A stretch of 22,707 nucleotides of DNA from Armatimonadota bacterium (GTDB lineage: Bacteria; Armatimonadota; Zipacnadia; Zipacnadales; UBA5352), in the NCBI GenBank assembly GCA_034722055.1, contig JAYENL010000103.1, positions 17,147 to 39,853 on the forward strand, given 5' to 3'. A model generated the notes under the pieces. It was not told the origin of the DNA. It saw nothing but the letters and a program-made list of their open reading frames with translations, and made no database searches. Below are positions 7,448-15,572 of this stretch, one piece after another. The translations under genes and the position numbers were made by a program. Within the stretch, counting starts at the first letter, position 1. Each line of letters begins with the position of its first letter.

Positions 7448-9238
7448 CTACTCCGGATCGACCCACACCGGGCTCGACCACGCCATCTCACCGTCGGTCT
7501 GGAACACCCGCAGGTAGTAGAAGCATGAGTCCCCGGCGCCGGCGTCCTCGACGCGGAGGCTGGCGCTCACGTCACCGCCGCCGTCCTGCTTGACCGCGAT
7601 GACCTCGCCGTCGCGCACCAGCTCCAGCCGCTGCAGCGGGGCGGTTCCGGTGACCTCGGCCTCGATACGGTTCGCGGCGTCGGCGGGCGCCGTGATCTCG
7701 CTGCCCATGATGGCCTCGTTCACGCGGAAGTCCAGGACGATGCGCGTCCCGGTGGTGGCGTAGCAGCGGCGGGCGTACATGGCGTCCCAGACTGCGCCGC
7801 GCGCCAGCTCCTCGGCCAGCACCGCCATGAAGCCGCTGCCGAGGCGATGGTGGATGTGCGGCTGGCGGTAGGACCAGTTGGCATTGCCCGGGTTGCCGTC
7901 GTGGCAGTCGCTGGAGGCCATCAGCCCCAGCCTGTAGCCGCGCTTCAGCGCGTCCAGGGCGCCGAGGCCGGGCAGCCGGTCCGCAGCCTGGCCCGGGAAG
8001 GGAGCGCCCAGGTACTCGGAGTTGCCCCACGTGGAGTAGACCTCCACCAGGCGGTCGAACTCCGGGTCCATGTATGACCAGTCAACCGGGAAGAACCCCA
8101 CGCTGGAGTGGTGGGCGATGGTCAGGGCCTTCGCTCCGCAGTCGCGCAGCGACTGCCACAAATCGTCCGGCGAGCGGCTCTCATCGCTGATGGCGTTGTG
8201 CCCCGGGCCGGGGTTGTTGTCGAAGTAGGGCCAGCCCGTGTCGCGGTAGTAGACGTTGCGGTGACCGTACTTCGCCGACGTCCACTCGTAGCAGGGGATG
8301 ACCACGTAGCTGCCGTCCTCGGTCCACTCGTCCATCTGCTCCATGCGCCGGTTCCAGTCGTCCTGCCCGTCCATCTGCCAGTCATGCTCCGCCACGCCCA
8401 CGAAGTCCAGCCCCGCCACGTCGCGGCCGTACTCGTAGTTCTCGGCCAGCGTCCCGGTCCCGCAGGTTCGCCCCGAGCCGTGCTCCTCGCCGCTGTGGGC
8501 ATGCACGTCCCCGAAGTAGACGTTCCAGTCGCCGATCCGTGGGTGCCTCGGGCCAGCCATGCACGCCTCCACCGCGTCGTCGATGCCGCACTTGAAGATG
8601 GGTCGCGCGAACATGTCAACATCGACCTTGAACCACCGCCTGGAGGGCTGGCGGTTGAAGGGCACCACGTCGATCCGCGTCGGCTCCCCCTCCGCGACCA
8701 GCGACTTGGGAATGCGCAGTGCCATGATGCCGAAAGTCGCGGCGGATTCCTCCGTGATGTGCGAGTCCAGTATCATCGGAGAGTAGCTTTCCGCCCACTC
8801 CCGCCGCTTGATGTCATAGGCCATCGTGACGTCGCCCTTGCGCCATACTCGATCCTCTTTCGTCACATTGCAGGACACCAGGTCCGTGCTCACACCGGGC
8901 GGGACATTGAGCCGCACGTCGAAGCGGCCCGTAGGCTGGGGCAGCATCGCGCCCATGCCCATCCCGGCGGAGAGCACGAAGATGACCCATTCCGCGCCCG
9001 TTCCCTTCGGGATCGTCTCCGTCCAGAACTGCATGTGGTAGCGGCCATCCTGATGGACGTAGTAGGCGCAGCGGGCATCGGTGAAGGAGGCCACCCACTG
9101 GCGCTCGCGGTGGGCCCGCCCCCACTCGGAGATTTCGCCGAATCCGGCCACCAGGTCGGCATTGTGGCGCCGCAGCACCTCCGCCACTATCTCCTCCCGC
9201 GTGCGACGCCCCTGTCCATCTCCCTTCATTGTCAGCAT
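7448..9238 (-). CDS. PHP-type metallohydrolase (DUF3604 / CehA-McbA-like) with extra N-terminal domain
   Basis: ATG at 9238 with GGAGG RBS (596 aa). Motifs YFGDVHAHS, LDFVGVAEHD, YEWTS..YGHRNV, IAHH, LVEVYS, GLMASSDCHDGNPG, RRCYATTG and YYLRV.Q.DGEMAWSSPVWV. Confidence 0.78.
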   Translation of the reverse strand: MLTMKGDGQGRRTREEIVAEVLRRHNADLVAGFGEISEWGRAHRERQWVASFTDARCAYYVHQDGRYHMQFWTETIPKGTGAEWVIFVLSAGMGMGAMLPQPTGRFDVRLNVPPGVSTDLVSCNVTKEDRVWRKGDVTMAYDIKRREWAESYSPMILDSHITEESAATFGIMALRIPKSLVAEGEPTRIDVVPFNRQPSRRWFKVDVDMFARPIFKCGIDDAVEACMAGPRHPRIGDWNVYFGDVHAHSGEEHGSGRTCGTGTLAENYEYGRDVAGLDFVGVAEHDWQMDGQDDWNRRMEQMDEWTEDGSYVVIPCYEWTSAKYGHRNVYYRDTGWPYFDNNPGPGHNAISDESRSPDDLWQSLRDCGAKALTIAHHSSVGFFPVDWSYMDPEFDRLVEVYSTWGNSEYLGAPFPGQAADRLPGLGALDALKRGYRLGLMASSDCHDGNPGNANWSYRQPHIHHRLGSGFMAVLAEELARGAVWDAMYARRCYATTGTRIVLDFRVNEAIMGSEITAPADAANRIEAEVTGTAPLQRLELVRDGEVIAVKQDGGGDVSASLRVEDAGAGDSCFYYLRVFQTDGEMAWSSPVWVDPE

Positions 9239-9341
9239 CTGATCAGCCTCCAGTCTATTGACGCATTCAGGGACTATTGCGCGACGACCGGCGTGAGTCC
9301 TGCTCCGCAAAGGCCGATAGGATTCTTGGCGCGGGGGTTAT

Positions 9342-9377
9342 TCCGTCACATCTATTGGGTATATCTTGAGTGACGGA
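9342..9377. promoter_or_regulatory. Perfect 8-bp inverted repeat with AT-rich 20-nt spacer in a divergent intergenic region (candidate operator)
   Basis: TCCGTCAC (9342-9349), ATCTATTGGGTATATCTTGA, GTGACGGA (9370-9377). Confidence 0.4.
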
Positions 9378-9426
9378 GGGCGGATCACACGGACCCGAGA
9401 GCCCAGGTTAAAGGGAGGTGGGGGGC

Positions 9427-9714
9427 ATGGCACACAGAATCGTCTATGACCACATGCCGGTAGGTGACGACCCGTTCCACGTGTTCCGCGTGCTGCTGGA
9501 GCCCTACACCAACCGTGTGTCGCTTCGTTTCCGCACGAAGTGGGAGGCGGCCAACGGGCTGGTCGGCACACCCGAGGAGACCATCAGCTACCTCGATGAG
9601 CGCGCACAGGCCGGGGCACCGTGGGACAGCGGCGCACCTCGCGAGGCCCGCAAGCGGCTGCAGGGCCTCGCTGGGGCCGAGCGGCAGGAGGTGGCCTGTA
9701 CCTCCGCCGAATAG
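9427..9714 (+). CDS. Hypothetical protein (95 aa)
   Basis: ATG at 9427 after a GGAGGTG RBS. Good codon bias. Fills the gap and ends 9 nt from the convergent gene. No family recognised. Confidence 0.7.
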   Translation: MAHRIVYDHMPVGDDPFHVFRVLLEPYTNRVSLRFRTKWEAANGLVGTPEETISYLDERAQAGAPWDSGAPREARKRLQGLAGAERQEVACTSAE

Positions 9715-9723
9715 AGGTGTACA

Positions 9724-10710
9724 CTACTGCTCCCCGCCCTGCTGGAGTGGGCGGGGAGCTTCATTTGCGGATACTGTTACCTCCGGCAGGGGGCGTGAGG
9801 TCCGGATGGCCGTGCCCACCATTCGCATAATGGCCTCGCCATCCACGAGGTTCGGCACGTCGGTAACGTAGGCCACGAACTCGTCCTGGCGCATGCCGAT
9901 GGCCGGCGCATCGTCCCGCCTGGTGACGAAGGCCTCCTCCCCGAGGCGCCGCATCTCGCGCACCTTGTCCGCCTGCAGAGCTTGCTGCAGAAGCAGCGTG
10001 TAGTAGCGACGGGCCCCTGTCACATCCTCCGCCTGCATGACGGTCAGCCGGATCAGCTTGGTGCCGAGCAGATGCTCCACGCTGAGGGCCTTTGGCGAGA
10101 CGTCCTCGCCCAATAGGTCGGTGGGAGCGTACGAGACGGTGAGGGGCGTGATCCACCCCCGCGGGATCAGATCCAGCAGGCGGAGCCGGGCGCCAGGCGG
10201 TGGCAGCTCCACTTCGGCCGCCAGGTGCTGGTCGGCGGGCAGAGCTTCCGTGGGCGTGCCGCGGGCGGTCACGCGCAGGTAGTAGCGGCCGGAGCGGGCG
10301 TGGAGGACACCGCTGTCGCGATACGCTGGCAAGGTCAGCACTACCAGCCGGGCGTCGCCGGTGCGCTGTGCGGAGAGGAAGCCCAGTGCATCGAGCCGGC
10401 TCTCGAAGGCGATCACCAGCACCTCGGCCGTCCCCGGTCCCTCAGCGTTCCGATAGCGGGCTGTGGCACCGCACGTCGCCTGGTATGTCTCGACGGCCTC
10501 GCCCTCGCGGTTCCGGAGCTGGGCGGGAGAGAGCACTGCGGACGGGCCCTCCCGCTGCCAGGTCCCGAGCGTCTCGGCAAGCACCTGCTGCACCACGTCG
10601 GCGTCGGAGGCGTCCTCCGCGGCCGCGGCGGCCCCCGTGTCGGGGTTCTCCTGCGCGAACAGCCCCGCCCCCAGCGCCATGAGCATGAGCGTCCAGCGTA
10701 GCCGCATCAT
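9724..10710 (-). CDS. Secreted hypothetical protein, DUF6599-like (two alpha/beta repeats)
   Basis: 328 aa with signal peptide MMRLRWTLMLMALGAGLFA. Two similar modules (W.REG...A.Y...EV.VIAFES..DALGF.S; ...A...Y..L...LGEEAF). ATGA overlap with the wzt stop. CDS is solid; family call is tentative. Confidence 0.6.
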   Translation of the reverse strand: MMRLRWTLMLMALGAGLFAQENPDTGAAAAAEDASDADVVQQVLAETLGTWQREGPSAVLSPAQLRNREGEAVETYQATCGATARYRNAEGPGTAEVLVIAFESRLDALGFLSAQRTGDARLVVLTLPAYRDSGVLHARSGRYYLRVTARGTPTEALPADQHLAAEVELPPPGARLRLLDLIPRGWITPLTVSYAPTDLLGEDVSPKALSVEHLLGTKLIRLTVMQAEDVTGARRYYTLLLQQALQADKVREMRRLGEEAFVTRRDDAPAIGMRQDEFVAYVTDVPNLVDGEAIMRMVGTAIRTSRPLPEVTVSANEAPRPLQQGGEQ

Positions 10711-11486
10711 CGCGTGCCTCCGCCCTGCTGCTCCTCCAGGCTGCGGCCCTCGGCGGTGTAGTCTTCGACCAGCTCCTCAGCCGGGCCTTCCCGCACCACG
10801 CGCCCCTCAGCCATCCACAGCACGCGGTCGCAGAGCATCCGCACCTCCTCCATGTAGTGAGACACGAAGAGGACGATGCGGCCCTGCCGGGCCTCCTGGC
10901 GCAGCCGCCGCCGGACCTTCGCCCGGAAGGCCTCGTCGCCGGTGGCCAGGATCTCGTCCACGATCAGGATGTCCGGCTCCATGTGCGCGGCCACGGAGAA
11001 GCCCAGGCGCATGAGCATCCCGGAGGAGTAGGTCCGCACTGGCGTGTCCACCCACCTCTCGGCGCCGGCCCACTGCACGATGTCGTCGAGCTTGTGCTGA
11101 ATGCTGGCGCGGCGCATCCCCAGGATCGCGCCCGAGAGGTAGATGTTCTCCAGGCCGGTGAGGTCGCGGTGAAAGCCGGCCCCGGCCTGGAGCATGGGGC
11201 AGACCCGACCCTCCACTCGCACGCTGCCGCGCGTGGGCTCCAGCACGCCCGCCACGATGGACAGCACCGTCGTCTTGCCGCAGCCGTTCGGCCCGATCAG
11301 CCCCACGACCTCGCCCGGCTGCGCCCGCATGGTGAAGTCCTGCACCGCCCACGTCTCCTCCACCTGGTGGACGCGTCCCAGGACGCGCTGCAGGAAGGCG
11401 TCCTTCAGCCGCGCCGGCCGGTCATGGTGGCGCCGGTAGCGCTTCCACATCTCCTCGATGTCAACGACGGGCGCGCTCTCAGCCAT
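10707..11486 (-). CDS. wzt: ABC polysaccharide exporter ATP-binding subunit (Wzt/RfbB/TagH-like)
   Basis: Walker A GPNGCGKT, LTGLENIYL, signature TYSSGM..RLGF, Walker B ILIVDE, FVSH. 259 aa with no C-terminal carbohydrate-binding extension. Confidence 0.92.
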   Translation of the reverse strand: MAESAPVVDIEEMWKRYRRHHDRPARLKDAFLQRVLGRVHQVEETWAVQDFTMRAQPGEVVGLIGPNGCGKTTVLSIVAGVLEPTRGSVRVEGRVCPMLQAGAGFHRDLTGLENIYLSGAILGMRRASIQHKLDDIVQWAGAERWVDTPVRTYSSGMLMRLGFSVAAHMEPDILIVDEILATGDEAFRAKVRRRLRQEARQGRIVLFVSHYMEEVRMLCDRVLWMAEGRVVREGPAEELVEDYTAEGRSLEEQQGGGTR

Positions 11487-11511
11487 AAGCGGGACCTCTC
11501 GGTCGAGCCGT

Positions 11512-12324
11512 TCAGAGCACCTCCGGAAGCTGTGGGCTCATGCGGCGGAAGACGACCATCCCCACACCCAGGCAAAGCACGCTGATTACAGCCGCGCAGA
11601 CCAGGTGCTCGGGCCGGGGCAGCTCGTAGCCCGGCAGGATGGACCGGAAGCCCTCACAGATCGCCGCCAGTGGGTTGAAGAGAAACCAGTACTGGTAGGC
11701 TTCCGGTATCTGGTCGGTGGGGTACATCACAGGAGTCACGAACAATAGCATCCGAACAATGGCCGTAAGTGCATACTCGACATCCTGGTAGTAGGTGTGT
11801 AGCACTGAGAAGAGCAGCGACAGGCCGGCGAGCATGGTGGTGAGCATCAGCGTCAGCGGTATCAGCGGCCAGAACGCGGCGGTGAAGCGCACCGGCACCA
11901 CCACGAAGATGGCGAAGAGGATCACCATGGACAGGCCGAAGTGCACCGCCGCTGCGAACACCACCGACAGCGGCAGCGCCCAGCGCGGGAAGTAGATCTT
12001 CTTCACTACGTCCCGGAACTTCAGGTAGACCGGGCACGACGTCAGCACGGCGTCGCTGAAGAAGATCCACGGCAGCAGCGCGGTCAGGAACACCAGCGTG
12101 TAGTTGGGGATGCGATGCTGGAGCAGACCCTGGAAGACGAAGCCGATGACCACGATCTGGAACAACGGCATGATCAGCGACCACAGGAAGCCCAGGAAGG
12201 AGCGCCGGTAGCGGGCCTTGAGCTGGGCAACGGTGAGGATACCCAGCAGCTCGGGCAACTGCCTGAGGCCCCCGGGCCGCCCGCTGCGATCGATGGTCAT
12301 CGTCTCGGACACGCTGTGCAGCAC
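11512..12324 (-). CDS. wzm: ABC-2 polysaccharide exporter permease (Wzm-like)
   Basis: LKARYRRSFLGFLWSLIMPL, LLPWIFFS, VKKIYFP, YYQDV, FVTPVMYP and NPLA..EGFR motifs; 6 TM. Start could be 12312 or 12300. Confidence 0.92.
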   Translation of the reverse strand: MLHSVSETMTIDRSGRPGGLRQLPELLGILTVAQLKARYRRSFLGFLWSLIMPLFQIVVIGFVFQGLLQHRIPNYTLVFLTALLPWIFFSDAVLTSCPVYLKFRDVVKKIYFPRWALPLSVVFAAAVHFGLSMVILFAIFVVVPVRFTAAFWPLIPLTLMLTTMLAGLSLLFSVLHTYYQDVEYALTAIVRMLLFVTPVMYPTDQIPEAYQYWFLFNPLAAICEGFRSILPGYELPRPEHLVCAAVISVLCLGVGMVVFRRMSPQLPEVL

Positions 12325-12399
12325 ACCTCCCGGAGCGGCACCGCCAGCCCGCCATGGATAGTAACTGCTGCAGCGTCCGCCGAGGTTCCTGGCGCCCGT

Positions 12400-13344
12400 C
12401 TACGCCTCGCGCTCGCGCAGAGCCTCGGCCATACCGCCGTAGTAACACGCCGCCAGCACCTGGCTGTAGACCAGCTCAGCGGGCCGCCGCGCGCCTATCG
12501 CAGACAGAGCATGCGCAACGGTCGTCCACCCGGGGCGCATCAGCCGGTTGAAGAGGGCGCCCTTGAGCAGCCACCGGGGGCTCCAGGGCCGCGGCAGGCG
12601 GTTCAGCCCCACCACCTCCGGCCGGTCGGGGTGCTTCTGCGCGAAGTGGGCCGCCGATCGCCCCACGGCCGCCTGGCGCCGGCAGTAGGAGCCCGGGTCG
12701 ATCTCATGGTGGTGATAGGCCACGGCCTCCGGAGCGTAGAGGATACGCACGCCGGCCTCCTCCGCCCGCAGACCGAGGTCCGTGTCCTCCCAGCCGTACT
12801 CGAAGCCCTCGTCGAAGCCGCCAAGGCGTAGCAGCAGCTCGCGCTCGATCGACAGGTTCGCGGTGATGAAGGCGTGGAAGGGCAGTTCCTCGCGACCCGC
12901 CAGGCTCCCGAAGCCGAAGTGATAGTGCTCCATCACGAAGGCCTGGAAGTGCGAGATTGATTTCCCGGGCGGCCACTCGATCCTGCCCACCACCGCACAG
13001 GGCCCGCCGGCCTCGCTGCGGCGGGCATGGTGCGCCGCGATCAGCCCGGGACCGGCCGCGATGTCATCGCACAGGAACAGGACTCGCTGGCCCCGGGCCG
13101 CCTCCACGCCGGCGTTGCGGGCCGCGGCGGGGCCGCCGCGGCGGCCCTCGAGCAGCCTGATGGTCAGCGGCATCTGAAGACCGCGGACGGCCTCGGAGGT
13201 GCCGTCCGTGGAGCCGTCGTCCACCACCACGACCTCCTCCACCAGCTCCGGCCGGTCCTGGCGCGCAAGCGCATCCAGCACTGTGAGCAGCGTCCGCCTG
13301 CGGTTGTAGGTGGGGATCACGACGCTGTAGCGGTCGGCCATCAT
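12400..13344 (-). CDS. Glycosyltransferase family 2
   Basis: SVVIPTYNR, VVVVDDGSTDGT, GPAAARNAG, LFLCDD (variant DxD), TANLS, GGFDEGF..GWEDTDLG.R. Confidence 0.92.
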   Translation of the reverse strand: MMADRYSVVIPTYNRRRTLLTVLDALARQDRPELVEEVVVVDDGSTDGTSEAVRGLQMPLTIRLLEGRRGGPAAARNAGVEAARGQRVLFLCDDIAAGPGLIAAHHARRSEAGGPCAVVGRIEWPPGKSISHFQAFVMEHYHFGFGSLAGREELPFHAFITANLSIERELLLRLGGFDEGFEYGWEDTDLGLRAEEAGVRILYAPEAVAYHHHEIDPGSYCRRQAAVGRSAAHFAQKHPDRPEVVGLNRLPRPWSPRWLLKGALFNRLMRPGWTTVAHALSAIGARRPAELVYSQVLAACYYGGMAEALREREA

Positions 13345-13681
13345 ATCGCCCGTCGCCCGTGGTGATCGCGTGCACGCCGGGGCCTCCGCAGGCGCCCGGC
13401 AGGCCGGGCCTCATCCCGCACAGTTTACGGCATCCCGCCGCCCGCCGCAAGCGGCCCGCGCGGCAGGGTGCGAATCCCAAGTGTCAGTGGCATGCGCGGG
13501 CCAGGGCGCCCGCGCCCCAGACCTTACGTGGACTGCGGGCGCCCCCGCCCACAACCGGCAATCTGAGACCGCACCCGTGGCTGACGCGACGGGGCACCGC
13601 AACATCCTCGGCCATTCGACATGTCGGCAGGGAGGCCGGGAGAGGTCGTCGAAGAGACCGGGCGGAGAAAGGGATGCGAGA

Positions 13682-15352
13682 ATGCCCGCGAAGACGGTTC
13701 GACTGCTCGTCATAGGCATGGACGGCGCCGATTACCTGCTCATGCGTCATCTGCTGGACCGGGGCCGGCTGCCCAACCTGCAGGGCATTGCCGAACGCGG
13801 CGCCTGGGGCCCCCTCCGGTCCACCATTCCACCGAACACCCCGCCGGCGTGGAGCACGATGTTCACCGGCAAGAACCCCGGCAAACACGCGATATTCGAC
13901 TGGCTGCCCATGACCGGCGAGCCGTCCGTTGAGCCTGTCGCGTCGAGACGGGCGGCCCGGTCGGTCTGGCAGGCGCTGGGAGATGCGGGCTTCACGGTCG
14001 GCACCATCAATCTGCCCGTGACCTATCCGCCGGAGCCGCTGACGGGCTTCCAGGTGGCCGGGCTGGACGCGCCCGGCTTTGAGCCGTCGATGGCTCATCC
14101 ACGGGCCGCCTTCGAGGTGCTGAAACGGGAGGTGGGGGAGTACGAGGTCTTTGCGCCCAGCATCCAGCGACCGGGAGGAGACGAGGAGGCCCTGCAGCGT
14201 CACGCCGACATGCCGTTGAAGGCGCTCTGTGCGCTGCTCAAGGCCATCCCCTGTGACGTGTGCATGACCTCGTTCCAGATCGTTGACTGGGTGCAGCACG
14301 GCGCCCTGGGGAGGGAGATGGAGGCGGAGAAGCCGGAGAGCCTGGATCTCGACGGCATGGTGGCGCACGCCTATCGCCTCGTCGATGAGCGCATCGGAGC
14401 TCTGCTCGCACAGTGGTGCGCGGATGAGACAATCGTCGTGGTGATCTCAGACCATGGGGGGACCGCGGCCGATCGCCTGGTGAACCTGGAGAAGGTGTTT
14501 CTCGAGGCGGGGCTGATGGCGTACCGTACCACCGATGGCTCCCCCCAGGCGCGGCTCGATGCCCGCCGCTCACGTGCTGCGTTAGCCCTCAGAGCCTGGT
14601 CGTGGCTGAAGCGGTCGGTGCCGGCCGTGGCCCGGCTGCTGGCAGCTTCGGCCCGTCAGATGCGCGGCTGGTTCGCGTCATACAGGGAGGTGGCCGAGCT
14701 GGACTGGTCGCGGACCATCGCCGTGCCCTGGGGTGAGTACGCACAGGTGCGTATCAACGTGCGCGGTAGGGAGGCCCACGGGGCGGTGGAGCCATCTGAT
14801 TACGACGACGCGCTCCAACGGGTTCGGGAGGTGATGCTGTCGCTGACTGATCCTGTGACCGGCGAGCGGATCTACAGCCAGGTCCTGCGCGGGACCGACG
14901 TGCATAGCGGACCGTATGCCGAGATCGCCCCCGACCTCTACGCCCTACCGGCACAGCACCGCTACTGCACTCTCAGCGCGCGGACAGGGATGACTGCATT
15001 GCCGCTGCTCGACGTTCAGCCGGAGCCGGTCGCTGCGCTGGACCCGCCGTGGGGCGTGCACTCGCCGCTCGGTGTCATGCTTCTCGCCGGACCGGGGGTG
15101 AAGGCCGGCGTGCGTCTTCAGGATGCCTCGCTCGAAGACTTCGTTCCCACCGCGCTGCACCTGCTGGGTCAGCCGATCCCCGAGGATCTGGATGGCCGGG
15201 TGTTAGTGGGGGCGCTCGACCGGGCGGTGGTCGGAGCGCAGCCGGCCTTCTGCGAGCCCTGGCCGCCGCCCGAGCGCATCGGCACGGAGGGCTACTCCGA
15301 GGCGGAGCGGGCGGCAGTGGAGGAGCGACTACGCCGGCTCGGCTACCTGTAG
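13682..15352 (+). CDS. Alkaline phosphatase superfamily protein (type I phosphodiesterase/nucleotide pyrophosphatase-like)
   Basis: Likely start ATG 13682 (MPAKTVRLLVIGMDGAD); the ORF-track extension to 13370 is not protein-like. Motifs LRSTIPPNTPPAWSTMFTGKNPGKH, NLPVTYPP, DWVQH, VISDHG, INVRGRE..G.V, G.H...G, D..PT.LHLLG..IP.DLDG and C-terminal VEERLRRLGYL. Confidence 0.88.
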   Translation: MPAKTVRLLVIGMDGADYLLMRHLLDRGRLPNLQGIAERGAWGPLRSTIPPNTPPAWSTMFTGKNPGKHAIFDWLPMTGEPSVEPVASRRAARSVWQALGDAGFTVGTINLPVTYPPEPLTGFQVAGLDAPGFEPSMAHPRAAFEVLKREVGEYEVFAPSIQRPGGDEEALQRHADMPLKALCALLKAIPCDVCMTSFQIVDWVQHGALGREMEAEKPESLDLDGMVAHAYRLVDERIGALLAQWCADETIVVVISDHGGTAADRLVNLEKVFLEAGLMAYRTTDGSPQARLDARRSRAALALRAWSWLKRSVPAVARLLAASARQMRGWFASYREVAELDWSRTIAVPWGEYAQVRINVRGREAHGAVEPSDYDDALQRVREVMLSLTDPVTGERIYSQVLRGTDVHSGPYAEIAPDLYALPAQHRYCTLSARTGMTALPLLDVQPEPVAALDPPWGVHSPLGVMLLAGPGVKAGVRLQDASLEDFVPTALHLLGQPIPEDLDGRVLVGALDRAVVGAQPAFCEPWPPPERIGTEGYSEAERAAVEERLRRLGYL

Positions 15353-15378
15353 CGCCGGGAATCGCCTCTTGGCCGCGA

Positions 15379-15406
15379 ACATGACATAAGGTATGTTATG
15401 CGCATA
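15379..15406 (-). other. dif-like XerC/XerD recombination site
   Basis: Minus strand TATGCGCATAA-CATACC-TTATGTCATGT has 11-6-11 architecture with inner CATAA/TTATG symmetry. It matches E. coli dif (GGTGCGCATAA-TGTATA-TTATGTTAAAT) at 9/11 and 8/11 in the arms. AT-rich island in a gap between convergent genes. Confidence 0.7.
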
Positions 15407-15505
15407 CCGACCTCGGGTAAGGCGCTACGGTCGTCGCAGTGCCGTACGGAGGGGCGGCGTGCCTATGCGGCCCGCCTTTCACGCCGTTGGCCGTGGTCGC
15501 TTCGG

Positions 15506-15534
15506 CGGGGGCTCCCCTCGCCGGAGAGCCCCCG
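15506..15534. terminator. Hairpin between convergent genes, possible terminator
   Basis: CGGGGGCTC (15506-15514) pairs with GAGCCCCCG (15526-15534), about 40 nt past the beta-barrel gene stop. No U-tract. Confidence 0.35.
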
Positions 15535-15572
15535 AGCTATCTGCTGGATGCGTGTGCGCGTCACTCAGGCTC

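Noticed and set aside
13444..13544. GC-rich hairpins and GGTGCGAATCCC resembling part of a cobalamin riboswitch
   Set aside because: The other conserved elements (GCCACTG, GGGAAG, B12 box) are absent, and such stems are expected by chance at this GC content.
13370..13681. 104-aa N-terminal extension of the AlkP ORF
   Set aside because: Not protein-like and covers the divergent promoter region. The family motif starts right after ATG 13682.
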